From contig NC_042999.1 in NCBI RefSeq assembly GCF_006345805.1, positions 1,736,001 to 1,800,000 on the forward strand: DNA of 64,000 nt. The letters are read 5' to 3'. Shown piece by piece: positions 38,836 to 50,655 of the stretch. This DNA is from Octopus sinensis. Taxonomy: Eukaryota. Made by a program: the position numbers and the translations under genes. The notes beneath the pieces were generated by a model. The model made no database searches. It was not told where the DNA came from and saw only the letters and a program-made list of their open reading frames with translations. How positions within the stretch are numbered: position 1 is the first letter of the stretch; each line of letters begins with the position of its first letter.

Positions 38836-39928
38836 CGTGCGTACGTATATGACATTTGTTAATCGCCTCAGTGATGTTAGCTATTTCACTGGTGCAACCA
38901 GAGAAGTACTACCATGTAATTTAAAGTCCAAAGACTATAAATAATCTGAAACTATGCTGAGGTTGGTCTATATGGCTGATGAGAGGATTTCCATGTATAT
39001 TTGTCCTTTCTTATGTTGCAGTAATCGTTTCCCCATTTTATTTCGATTTTCATTTATATGCGTACGTATAAACACATACATACGCATAAATATTGATAAA
39101 TTTCTCGAAAATTAAATTCAATCAACACTTCACTTCAGCACTTCGCCGTATTAGAATGTTTCCACTTCTTCTCATCAAGCAGACTAAACCAATCAGACTA
39201 TATTTATTAAATAAATAATTACCATTTATTTTTCTATCTTTGACGAAGATTAATTGTGTCATTTTAACCTCTACACTGTTTTGACACCAGACAGCTGGTC
39301 TGCAAAACAAATAATTTGAGTTTTTGATAAGTTATATTTATCAAAACATTTTAAATAATTATATATGATAACTATTTAACGCTGGTTTTCCTGTAATATT
39401 ATAGTTATTTTGTGATTCAGAAATATATTTCTCTCTTAAATGGTAAATATATATTCAAATATAGATTTTTACAGCTGATTCTATAAATTAGACATAATAC
39501 ATCGATCTGTATACAGGTGTGTATTTGTATGCATATGTGCATTTACATAGGTGAATGTGTGCGAATGTGTACAATATATGCATGTATGTGTGTATATATA
39601 TATACACAGTATTTATATTTATAAAGGAAATGTTTATCCGTAGAATACAAAATACGGTAAGAGAACTTCTCTTGTGGTCTTTCGGTGCATATATGTACTC
39701 TTGTTTACAGCGCTGGCAGGAAACAAATCATCGCTACTGCTAGCGCCACGACTACATAATCACGTGATTTCAGCCTTTTTTGGCCTTGTCACTGGTAGAT
39801 ACCCGACTGTTGAACACAGAAGTAATGTCTCAGTAGTGATATACACAGAATCACAAAAGACCGTATGAAAGGTTTTCTCACAGTAAACATCGCAGGACTC
39901 TATGTTCTAACACAATGTGCACTTTTAA

Positions 39929-40149
39929 CCCTTTTGAACCCAGCCCAGCTAAAACCGCCTCTGGCTCTTTAGTACAAATGTCTTGTTTTCAAAAGTTCTG
40001 AATTAAAATCTTCCACCAAACCTTAGTCACAGTTTATGTTCCTAACACTAGCTGAATGATAACTAAGTTATTTTACTAATTTTTTGTTATATTTAAAATT
40101 AGTTGAAAGAAACACAGAGCATCTCAACAGAAATATGGTAACAAAAGGG
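39929..40149. mobile_element. piggyBac-type (TTAA) MITE, copy 1 (221 bp)
   Basis: TTAA|CCCTTTTG ... CAAAAGGG|TTAA. Second copy at 42880-43097. Confidence 0.85.
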
Positions 40150-40339
40150 TTAATACTCTTTTACTTGTTTCAGTCAATTTGACTGTGGCCATGCAGGAGC
40201 ACCGCCTTTATAGGAGATAAATATTACCCTTACGCATTAATACTGATTCTGATGGTTCTAATTATTTTTTAGTAAGCTCACTTGCTATGCGCAAAACCTG
40301 CGCTTGATTGACCAATATACGTCTCCTTAAACTTTAAGA

Positions 40340-40666
40340 TAGGGCTTTACTTTTCTCTGAAAAAAGAAATTCCTGTATGGAGCAGACACCGGAAGTTATG
40401 ATGAGCTGTTAGGGAATAACATCACAGGAAACTATAGACAGGCTTTCTCACACATATAGGATAACATAAACAACGAGGTTAAACGCTTATCTGGCGCTTT
40501 ATGTATAACTGACATAGTGGAGTCCTTAGCTAGGAGGAATGCATATATCATCATCAAAGATCATGATCTGAACTTTGCCTCCAGCCTCAAGTGCTGCCCG
40601 ATTAACCAAGTTAAAGGTGGAATGAGGCTGGGGAGTAAGTATATAGTTGAGGAAAATAAATGAAGA
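40340..40666 (+). mobile_element. Penelope-like element RT N-terminal fragment
   Basis: From 40397 translates as YDELLGNNITGNYRQA..I*DNINNEVKRLSGALCITDIVESLARRNAYIIIKDHDLNFASSLKCCPINQVK...*LRKIN. This resembles the PLE pattern AFITLKDHKxNF...KCRLINPAK, recalled from family knowledge. Confidence 0.65.
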
Positions 40667-40669
40667 CAA

Positions 40670-40970
40670 AAGGAAGGCATCCCATGTCTCTTTATTGGAA
40701 ATTACCACCTGTATCATCTCTTGTGAAAGGCAGAAGAGTCCAGTTTGCTGGACATTGTTGTAGAGCTGAAAACGAGGTAATTTCTACTCTTCTCTGGAAG
40801 CCATCTACTCGCGATACCAGAGGACGCACACTCTCCTACCCTGATGTAATCTCCAGGGATACAGGCATCCAGCAACAGGACCTCCGCAATGCTATGATGG
40901 ACCGTGAAGTCTGGCGTAGCATAGTAAATTCCATTGTCTCGACCACGGTCGAACAATGATGATGATGATA
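40670..40970 (+). mobile_element. RTE/RTEX-type LINE 3' end (third family)
   Basis: LYWKLPPVSSLVKGRRVQFAGHCCR...LLWKP...RGRTLSYPDVISRDTG...AMMDREVWR*, followed by a (GAT)n tail. Confidence 0.8.
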
Positions 40971-41297
40971 GCACAATAGTAATCAAGTAATTTCATGGTT
41001 TAAGCAAACTAGCAGAACCTCGGAAGTAATAATTACTCAACGAGAGGTACTTAACAAGATACTTATAAGGTCAAAGATACCATAGTTAAATGAAGGTTAT
41101 ATTGTCAAGGGATCCCAAATTAACTCGCTGGAGATTTTATTGAAAGTAGCCTTCATTTAGCTAAGGTATTTTCAGGCGAGCTGGCAGAAACGTTTCTATG
41201 TTTTTATTTTTAAGTTTTCGTTTCTCATTGTGTTCAACGTTTTTTTATGTCCTGTACCCATATATGCATGTATATATACTGTACATATGTATGTAGG

Positions 41298-41298
41298 T

Positions 41299-41393
<95 letters not shown>

Positions 41394-41435
41394 TATAGAT
41401 AGATAGATATATAGATAGATAGATAGATAGATAGA
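41298..41435. repeat. (GATA)n microsatellite
   Basis: Direct inspection. Confidence 0.95.
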
Positions 41436-42638
41436 AATATAAATATACCTAATGAGAAGGATGAGTCCGGCCGTTTATTATGTATGGTTAACATATTTTA
41501 ACAATAATATTAACAAGAAATGACAGGTGATACCAAATATTTGCAAAAATGTCTTTGTTTTTTCGTATTTTGTAAATGTTTTTGCATCTGAATCAAAATA
41601 TTGTCTCTCTCAGCAGACATCACAGTTTCATAATTACCTATTTTCTTGGTTGTTATAAAATAACTATTAGAAATTTAAGAAAATACATTTCCGAAATTCA
41701 AAGACAACTTCGTTATTGCCTTTTGATATTTGAGAATTATTTTTAAAAACTTTTAATATTATATTTAGGAATTGTATTTACAATATAGTTAACGATATAT
41801 GAAATATTTTGGTGTTTGTATAATTTCCGTTTATTGTTTTGCGAAAATATATTTAATATATTTATTTAAACTATAGAAGGCATTTGAAAAGAATGGAAGT
41901 TATAGATAAATGTGTTTTTAATTAAATATTACTATTGTTAAGTGTCTTTTCAACAGCATTACGTGCTTCTTTCATCTTTTTAACATAAGTATTTTTATTA
42001 ATCATCAGAGATTTTTGACAAGAAGTTTGAAGAATAGCTTCTAAATTTGTAAATCATGTTTATTTAAGCGACACATGAAGATTATGAATTGTGGAATTCA
42101 TATCGTGAAGAGATGTGTGATTTTACGAGTTTGAAAGTTGTAGGTTTTACAGGCAATAAAATACGTGGGAAGTACATAAAGTATTGGAAAGATAGTTGTG
42201 TTGCGCACAGATATATTTATACCACAGTCTTTCTAAATATATATTGAGTATTTATAATAATGATTGCCTGTATAATTCTACAGACAAAAGACATATATAT
42301 TTGTAAGTGCTGAGGCAGCAGATTTACTATATACGTCTAGAATTTATTTCATAAACCTTAAATGGTTTGGAATTGAAGTAAGTTGAAGATAGGTGGAACA
42401 AAATATGAGTCAGAATTATGGAGTCTGTAACTTTATTGCTTGTGAAACTTTGTCACATCACATGCTTGGAAGAATAAAGAATGACAGTTGTGAGAAAAGT
42501 CCAAGAATTCTTTCACCTGTAGTTTTCAGCAAAGAGATTTATTTTGCCAACTAGTAGGAACATTCTTATTCTATTTGGTGCATTTTGGGTTTCCTGTGAA
42601 AATGTTTTGTTGTTTACAAAAACATAATTCCTGTTTAA

Positions 42639-42855
42639 CCCTTTAGCATTCAATCTGGACATATCAGAACCAAAGATTCTACCTGTTGTACATTCCAACT
42701 GGCCTGATCCAGCCTCTCGGAACTATACAACAATGTCATTCCATAAATATACAGTCATGTCATCGAAATCTCTAAACTGTGAGATGAATGATTAATTCAA
42801 AACAAAGTGGATAAATAAGCAAAACAATTGACAAAGTAATTTGAATGCTAAATGG
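42639..42855. mobile_element. Second TTAA-type MITE family, right end decayed
   Basis: TTAA|CCCTTTAGCATTCAA ... TTGAATGCTAAATGG. Confidence 0.65.
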
Positions 42856-42879
42856 TAGAGGAGAGGCACTTGCATTTAA

Positions 42880-43097
42880 CCCTTTTGATACCAACCCAGC
42901 TGAAACCACTTCTGGCTCTGTAGTACAAATGTCTTGTTTTCATAAGTTTTGAATTAAAATCTTCCTACCAAACCTTAGTCACAATTTATGTTCCTAACAC
43001 TAGCTTAATGATAACTAAGTTATTTTACTAAATTCTTTGTTATATTTAAATTGAAAGAAACATAGTGCATCACAACAGAAATATGGTAACAAAAGGG
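42880..43097. mobile_element. piggyBac-type (TTAA) MITE, copy 2 (218 bp)
   Basis: TTAA|CCCTTTTGATACCA ... TGGTAACAAAAGGG|TTAA. Homologous to 39929-40149. Confidence 0.85.
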
Positions 43098-43384
43098 TTA
43101 AAATGAAGGGTGTCATATGCAATTGACTTATTTGAAAAGGACTTACTGTTTGTTTTGTAGAGAATTCTAGAGACTTTGTAGAGAGCGTAGATGGAAGAGC
43201 TCCATAGAAAAGGGGATAAATAAAAACAGGAATGGGGAAAACAGAAAAAATCACGAACTTTTTATAATTGTAAAAAATATGAAGTAAAATATTTGTAATG
43301 GTGAATGTCAAAGTAAATAAAACTAGAAATAATCCCATGTAGAATATTTAGAAACTTGTTATCAGTTCAAATGAGCATCGAGTA

Positions 43385-43852
43385 TTGGGTCATCCTATAG
43401 ATAATGTGGGTTTTTTTATACGTGTTTTATTTTTCATAATTAAGATAAACAAAGTTCTTTTTAAATCTAAAATATACTCTCCTTCATTTTCTACAATGCT
43501 CTTCCATCTATCTGGTAGATTTGCAAAACCCCTCTTCCAAAATTCACTTATCTGTGACAAAAAATACTCCTCTAATACTGTTTTGACTTCGTCTACAGAA
43601 TTCATATTTTTTCTGTCCAAATGATTTTGAAAACTGTGGAATAAATGATAATCAGATGGGACAATGTTCAGCGAATATGGTGGGTGGGACATCGTTTCCC
43701 ATTCAAACTGCTCCAGCCTTTCGAATATCATCGTTGCTGAATGTGGCTAAGGATTATCCGGATGGAAGAACACCTTTCGTCTTGAAACCAAATATGGTAA
43801 TTTTTCTTCGAGCACTGACTTAAGCCACTCAAGCCGCTTGCAGTAGATCTCC
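43385..43852 (-). mobile_element. Mariner (D,D34D) transposase 3' fragment with one element end
   Basis: Minus strand reads EIYCKRLEWLK...RKVFFHPDNP*PH...HPPYSLNIVPSDYHLF...FWKRGF..LPDRWKSIVENEGEY. 34 residues separate HPD from PSD. Ends at TA|TTGGGTCATCC. Confidence 0.9.
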
Positions 43853-44472
43853 TTTGCTATTGTTTGGTTTGGGTTTAAAAGTTCAAAGTGGACTAAAACC
43901 TTCATATCCCACCAAAATAAAATTATATATTTACATAGTTTTCAATAGCAAGGGGCATTTTCCCTTTTTCTGCATGTCTCTGCCTCTCTTTTTTATTCCT
44001 GTGGGTTCTAGGAAGTTAGCAGCAGCTAGTAATAGTTTGATATGAATTCTGGTCTTTGATTGTTTAAGCAGCAGTAGTAGTAGAGAAAGGAGGTGGCGAA
44101 GAAGAAGAAGAAGAAGAAGAAGAAGAAGAAGAAGAAGAAGAAGAAGAATGTGAGAGTGGTATGAGAGTAGCAGGATGTTAAATGGTCAAGTGACCTAAAA
44201 GTGACTAGTGGATGACAGTAGTGATTGGAAATGCTCTAAATAAATTCTTGGGGTAACTGTTTTGAATGTATCATTTTTAATATTTGCGTGGGTCTTATTC
44301 TAAGGCCCTGTGAATATGTCATTGGTTGTGGATGCATTCAAAAGGGGTTTGTATATATTCATAAAATGAGGATAAAAATCACGTTAATTATAAATAACAG
44401 GTAGTCAGCATGGAAAAATGCAATTTATAGCAATTTATATATTAAATTAATAATTATATATGTATATATATG

Positions 44473-44568
<96 letters not shown>

Positions 44569-44669
44569 TAATAATATAGGGTGAAATTAATTAATTTGGA
44601 ATAATTATTAATTTCACCAAGTAGATTTCGGCATGTAAAAGCCCCATTCGAGGAAAGTTTAAGTAATAC

Positions 44670-44848
44670 TAAGTAATTAAGGGTTTAGCAACGATTTGCC
44701 TCACCACACACCGAATTTAGAAGCCTTTCAAGTGCTGTGGTTTTACTGAGATCTCCCTTTTAGTAGAAAGAATAGCTATAACTCCTTGACTGCTATTTCT
44801 AAATTCGGTGTTGTGGTGAGGCAAATCGTTGCTAAACCCTTAATTACT

Positions 44849-44850
<2 letters not shown>
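44670..44850. repeat. Near-perfect 53/54-bp inverted repeat with 74-nt spacer
   Basis: TAAGTAATTAAGGGTTTAGCAACGATTTGCCTCACCACACACCGAATTTAGAA (44670-44722) and its reverse complement (44797-44850), differing by one indel. Confidence 0.9.
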
Positions 44851-44902
<52 letters not shown>

Positions 44903-44903
44903 T

Positions 44904-45318
44904 AACTACAGTAGCATCCACCCTTAGGGGTTAGCCATATTGAAATGGCAAAAATACGTCACGATGTGTTACCGCTACTGTATATAACTTACTTTGATAT
45001 TTATCATTGTTTGATTTCACTTTTTCAATATCAGCGACAGTGGACGCTGGAAAAAGTATAAGTATTTGTGAAGGAAATCTAATTCTCGGCGACAACTATG
45101 ATTGTCACACGCTGACGAGAGGTCAATACCTCGAAACTCGAGTCCGTGTGTATCATAAGTTGAAGACGGGAAGGATGACTTCCCTTTGCAAATACTGACA
45201 GGACACAGATAGTGTGTCTATGGCCAGCTGGAGGAGTGTGTCCTCCTGGGGCTAAAAACTACAGTAGCATCCACCCTTAGGGGTTAGCCATATTGAAATG
45301 GCAAAAATACGTCACGAT
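44904..45318 (+). mobile_element. Retrozyme-like / Penelope pLTR-like 353-nt unit with 62-nt terminal redundancy (HH family 4)
   Basis: Identical 62-nt direct repeats at 44904-44965 and 45257-45318. Intact hammerhead inside, no meaningful ORF, (TA)n on both flanks. Confidence 0.7.
45106..45150 (+). ncRNA. Type I hammerhead ribozyme, canonical core
   Basis: CACACG-CTGACGA-GAGGT-caat-ACCTC-GAAA-CTCGAG-TC-CGTGTG gives a 6-bp stem I, CUGANGA, a 5-bp stem II, GAAA, palindromic stem III ACUCGAGU and a GUC site. Predicted cut after 45144. Confidence 0.88.
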
Positions 45319-45345
45319 ATATATATATACATATATATATAATAC

Positions 45346-45379
<34 letters not shown>

Positions 45380-45444
45380 TACATACATACATACATATAT
45401 ATATACATACATACATACATATATATACATACATACATATATAT

Positions 45445-45517
<73 letters not shown>

Positions 45518-45789
45518 ATTTTAATGGAGAGAGTCAAAACAAGACTTATCTGCTTAAAAACCAAATTAATATCCAAGCATTGCAAAGCTACCAGATAAAC
45601 TGCATAAATACATGAATACATGCGAGTAACACTCATAAAAAAACGAGTAGGTGTATATTTTAATTAATATTTAGCAGAAGTAACAAAAAATGACTCAAGG
45701 TACGGAAGTTTCACGTGTCGGTCCTTATCAAATTAGTTTGATAAGCGCCAACGCATGAAGCACTCAGATCTTGAGTCACTGTCATTTCT

Positions 45790-46201
45790 CTCTTTACTTG
45801 TTTCAGTCATTTGACTGCGGCCATGCTGGAGCACCGCCTTTTAGTCGAGCAAATCGACCCCGGGACAAATTCTTTGTAAGCCCAGTACTTATTCTATCGG
45901 TCTCTTTTGCCGAACCGCTAAGTGACGGGGACGTAAACACACCAGCATCGGTTGTCAAGCAATGCTAGGGGGACAAACACAGACACACAAACACACACAC
46001 AGACACATACATACATACATACATATATACATATATACGACAGGCTTCTTTCAGTTTCCGTCTACCAAATCCACTCACAAGGCATTGGTCGGCCTGGGGC
46101 TATAGCAGAAGACACTTGCCCAAGGTGTCACGCAGTGGGATTGAACCCGGAGCCATGTGGTTGGTTAGCAAGCTACTTACCACACAGCCAATCCTGCGCC
46201 T
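45790..46201 (-). mobile_element. SINE-A, complete
   Basis: Near-identical to 658-1072. Confidence 0.85.
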
Positions 46202-46249
46202 TAAAATTCTGCTAAATATTAATAGATATATATAAAGCTTGGCACCACT

Positions 46250-46978
46250 TTGAAGAATTTTAGTCAATGAATTGATCACAACGCTTATTCTTGTTTCAAG
46301 CTCAGTACTTATCCTATCGGTCTTTTTTGCCGAACCACTAAGTTACAGAGACGTAAACAAATCAACACCAGTTGTCACGTGGTGGTAGGGGAACAACACA
46401 GACACAAAAACACACACATACATACATACATATACTGTGTATATATATATATATCACCATCATCATCAATTAACATCTGCTTTCTATGCTAGCATAAGTT
46501 GGATGATTTGACTGAGGATTGGTGAACCAGATGGCTGCACCAGGCACCAATCTGATCTGGCAGAGTTTCTAAAGCTGGATGCCCTTCCTAATGCCAACCA
46601 CACCGAGAGTGTAGTGGGTGATTTTACGTGCCACCAGCACGAGGGCCAGTCAGGTGGTACTGTTAACGGCCACGCTCAAATGGTGTTTTTTTACATGCCA
46701 CATGCGCAGGAACCAGTCCTGTGGCACTGGCAACGACCTTGCTCGAATGTTTTTTCATGTGCCAGTAAGGCATGTGAAAAACGATCACACTTGAATGGTG
46801 CTTTTTAGGTTGCACGACATGATGTTTTCGGCTTCCATCTACTAAGTCCGCATACAAGAATTTGGTTGGCTCAAGGCTATAGCAGAAGATACTTTCCCAA
46901 TTTGCCAGGCAGTAGGACTGAACTTGGAGCAATGTATTTAGGAAGCAAACTTCTTACCACCCAGTCACACCTGAGCCT
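46250..46978 (-). mobile_element. Older SINE-A with a nested RTE-tail copy (about 46455-46815, -)
   Basis: SINE-A halves at 46250-46440 and 46820-46978 flank an RTE-tail copy. Confidence 0.65.
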
Positions 46979-47667
46979 ATATGCAGCTACGCCCACAACT
47001 GTATGTACACATAATTCTTACAAGTAATCTGTTTACAATTTAAGCTGGCAATCCTCAACTTTAATTTATCAGTACTAATACAATACTTAATATGTTAATA
47101 TTTATATCCACCTATGTTTATATAGCGCTAATACAGATTCTATCAAGAACCATAAAACTTACGATGCCATCACTTGCTGATGACGCACAAACTGGTAAAC
47201 TTGCACGGCTTTCATAATCAAAACACTCATTCCGCTAAGATTAAAGATGTTTACATAGTGAAAATTGGAAATAATAGTCATTTACGTTAAGAGAATTGTG
47301 TAATAATAAATATGTAACATTTATGTGTATACATATGTTGACAGAGATATTAACATGTGTTAAAATATTTTCGAATTAATATTTACAGACAGAAAAATAT
47401 GTTTGCACACACAAGTGTTATGTTATTGGTAATTGCTCCATTCGCTTATTACAACAGAATCTGTTTAAAGTTTATTTGTTTCATTAATGAAATATTGAAA
47501 ATTATAATGAGTGTAATGAAGATAAACATTATAATATTCCATTAGTAGGTCACGTGTTTTATCCAAAATTTCATGAGTAGCAAATCTGATAATGTCTTAA
47601 ATAATTGAAAATAAAGTATTATAGAAATCCGCAAATAATAAGCAACTATATTTAATATACTTTTCCA

Positions 47668-47880
47668 AGTAGCAAGCTGGCAGAATCACTAGCACGCTGG
47701 GCAAAATGCTTAGCGGTATTTTGGCCAGCGCTATGTTCTGAGTTCAAATTCCACCGAGGTCGACTTTGCCATTCATCCTTTTGGAGTCAATTAAATAAGT
47801 TCCAGTTGCGCACTGGAGTTGATGTGATCGACTTAATCTCTTCCCCCAAATTTAAGGCCTTGTGCTTCCAGTAGAAATGA
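47668..47880 (+). mobile_element. SINE-B variant (alternative 3' end ...CCCCCAAATTTAAGGCCTTGTG)
   Basis: SINE-B head and core. 3' end shared with 3790-3845, 4385-4450 and 59040-59105. Confidence 0.7.
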
Positions 47881-47984
47881 TATGTAATATGCTCTTTGAT
47901 TTAGAGAGCAAAATTTTAATAAGCTGGAAAAATATTTTGCTGTGACACACTCACTTTATAATTTTGATTTTAGTAAAAAGTGTA

Positions 47985-48190
47985 CAGTAATTCCTCGACT
48001 ATCACAGGTTTAACGTTCCAAAACCTCTCACCGAAATAATTAAAATCTAAAAAACTGTAAATACATATCGACCGTAGAAATCCATGATATATTGAGAAGT
48101 CTGTGATATAAATTCACATATATTAGCCTGAAAAATCCATGATGTACTGAGTGCATGATAGGTGAGCCACGATATGGTGAGGGATTACTG
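47985..48190. mobile_element. Tigger/pogo-like MITE
   Basis: TA|CAGTAATTCCTCG ... GTGAGGGATTACTG; imperfect TIRs. Confidence 0.6.
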
Positions 48191-48293
48191 CGTATGCATT
48201 ACATTGGGTTTTATGGTGAATAATAAAAGTTTATGATAAAAAATTGATAGAATTTTTTTAATGTATTTTAAATAATTAGGAATTATAAACAGT

Positions 48294-48678
48294 AGGCGCA
48301 GGAGTGGCTGTGTGGTAAGTAGCTTGCTAACCAGCCACATGGTTCCGAGTTCAGTCCCACTGTGTGGCATCTTGGGCAAGTGTCTTCTGCTATAGCCCTG
48401 GGCCGACCAATGCCTTGTGAGTGGATTTGGTAGACGGAAACTGAAAGAAGCCTGTCGTATATATGTATATATATATAAGTGCGTGTGTGTATGTTTGTGT
48501 GTCTGTGTCTGTCCCCCTAGCATTGCTTGACAACCGATGCGGTTCGGCAAAAGAGCCTGATAGAATAAGTACTGGGCTTACAAAGAATAAGTCGTGGGGG
48601 CGATTTGCTCGACTAAAGGCGGTGCTCCAGCATGGCCGCAGTCAAATGACTGAAACAAGTAAAAGAGTAAAAGAGTAA
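48294..48678 (+). mobile_element. SINE-A, complete (small internal deletion)
   Basis: AGGCGCAGGAGTGGCTGTG head through the AAAAGAGTAAAAGAG tail. Confidence 0.85.
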
Positions 48679-49785
48679 GTAGTGGTGAGAAGTCTAATGA
48701 ATGTATGTTTATTATTCAGTTTATTTCAAGATTTCAGTAGTGGTGAGATGTGTATGTATGTATGTCATGTTTGGCCTTGTGACTGGCACAAGCTGATTAG
48801 ATATTTGGAATCAATCCAGTGCCAGACAAGGATTCTGGATTATTTGGTATATTTACTACTATACAAGTTACGATCTTATGTTGACTTTCAAGTCTTTCTC
48901 AATTATCTCCCTTCAGGCTGTTTCCAAAGTTTTATTTTCGTTTCTCTATTATCAATTTTAATCACGTCTCTATCTTAGTAGAAACCGATGGATAAAGAAA
49001 TCAAACTGCATAAACAAATGGCAGGAAAACCGTTCAGAAATTAAATAATACTAACATATCTTTATATCATACATTATACATACATATTAATACCTTACAG
49101 TATACTTACATATATATACATACATCTATACATCGATCTAAAACAACAGGAATACTAAAGGAAAGTCTGAATTTAAGAGAAGAGAAAACCAAAAGGTCTC
49201 ATTTAAAAATTTCTGAGTAGAACTTATTATTATTACGACCGCCTTTGAAACTATTTTGAATGGTGAATCTGTTTACTTTGACTTGTATTAGATAAGGATA
49301 AACTATTAATTACTCTTACTAAATTTTTTACAGCCACTTTCACATTTCATGACTTCTGTTGGGATCGATCAGGTATTGATCAAAGATTCTGGATTATTTT
49401 AACGAGTCCATTTTTAGTATTCTTGTTTGTGAGTGTTATGTGTAGTTTGGGTTCTAATGGGATAGACAACCAAATGAAAACCATCGTTATTGTTACGTGT
49501 TTATTGACTGCTCATGTTACACGGACTCGACATTCAGCGTAGTAATACATTATATACTTTACACACAGTTGTACTGTTCACTAACAAAATAGTGCCAAGA
49601 GTGGGGATGTATTCTGCATACGTAAACACATAGATATGCATGTGTAACAGTGAGAGCAGTTGAGTTTATTTCAGATATTCGCAATTTAAAAATCATATCC
49701 GGCTAATTGTTGAGAGGACGTTGGTGTTGCCTTGGCAGAGGCTTGCACTCTGTGAGTGCTCTTATAATTACTTATTCAATTTACA

Positions 49786-49910
49786 GGCATATAGTGTAGT
49801 GATTAAGAGTGCGGGCTACTAACTCTAAGGTTCCGGGTTCAATCCCAGACAGTGACTTGAAAAAAAAAAATAATAACAACATCAGCAAAAGATACCTTAG
49901 GAATGAGAAC
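49786..49910 (+). mobile_element. SINE-E 5' part: tRNA-like head + A/TAA run + linker
   Basis: GGCATATAGTGTAGTGATTAAGAGTGCGGGCTACTAAC..GGTTCAATCCCAG head, then ATACCTTAGGAATGAGAAC, which is shared with 55068-55087 and 56577-56600. Confidence 0.7.
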
Positions 49911-49954
49911 AGTGTATCCCAGTAGTCAAATAAAGAGTTGGGTTCAAAGTTCCA

Positions 49955-50334
49955 ATGGCTCTGGGTTCAGTCCCAATGTGTGGTACCTTGGGCAAGTGTC
50001 TTCTACAATAGCCTCAAGCCAATCAAAGCCTTGTGAGTGGATTTAGTAGATGGAAACTGAAAGAAACCTGTCATATATATGTATACATTTGTGTGTGTGT
50101 GTGTGTGTGTGTTTGCGTGTGTGTGTGTTTGCGTGTGTATGTGTTTGTCCCCCCAACATCGCTTGACAACTGATGTTGGTGTGTTTACGTCCCAGTAACT
50201 TAGCGGTTCGGCAATAATGACCGATAGAATAAGTGCTAGGCTTACAAAGAATAAGTCCTGGGGTTGATTTGCTCGACTAAAAGGTGGTGCTCCAGCATGG
50301 CCACAGTCAAATGACTGAAACAAGTAAAAGAGTA
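49955..50334 (+). mobile_element. SINE-A, 5'-truncated
   Basis: From GGGTTCAGTCCC through GAAACAAGTAAAAGAG. Confidence 0.8.
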
Positions 50335-50444
50335 ACTAAATGTAGATATTGGGATATATACTGACTGTGACAAATGTGAAATGAAATATTTCAAAAATTA
50401 AGGGTTTTTAGTTAAACAATATTAGAATATTATTTATATACTGT

Positions 50445-50655
50445 TGTGTCTAGGGTGGGGTCATTCTCTTTTGGTACCTTATAATTTAACACACTCACTG
50501 GTAAAATTTCCACTTATTTTCTTCTTTTTTTTCCAAAAACTATTGAAAAGTTTGCAAGACGCAACGAAAATTTTAGAAAATAAAAATAAGAAATAAGCGG
50601 AAATTTTACCAGTGAGTTCTAAGGCACCAAAAGAGAATGACTCTCCCCAGACACA
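50445..50655. mobile_element. MITE with ~65-bp TIRs
   Basis: TGTGTCTAGGGTGGGGTCATTCTCTTTTGGTACCTTA..CTCACTGGTAAAATTTCCACTTATTT versus AAATAAGCGGAAATTTTACCAGTGAG..TAAGGCACCAAAAGAGAATGACTCTCCCCAGACACA. Confidence 0.75.

Noticed and set aside
44615-44660. Possible hammerhead on the minus strand (GGC-ttttacat-GCC-GAAA)
   Set aside because: A stem II plus GAAA is present, but no CUGANGA-like core or NUH site can be placed.
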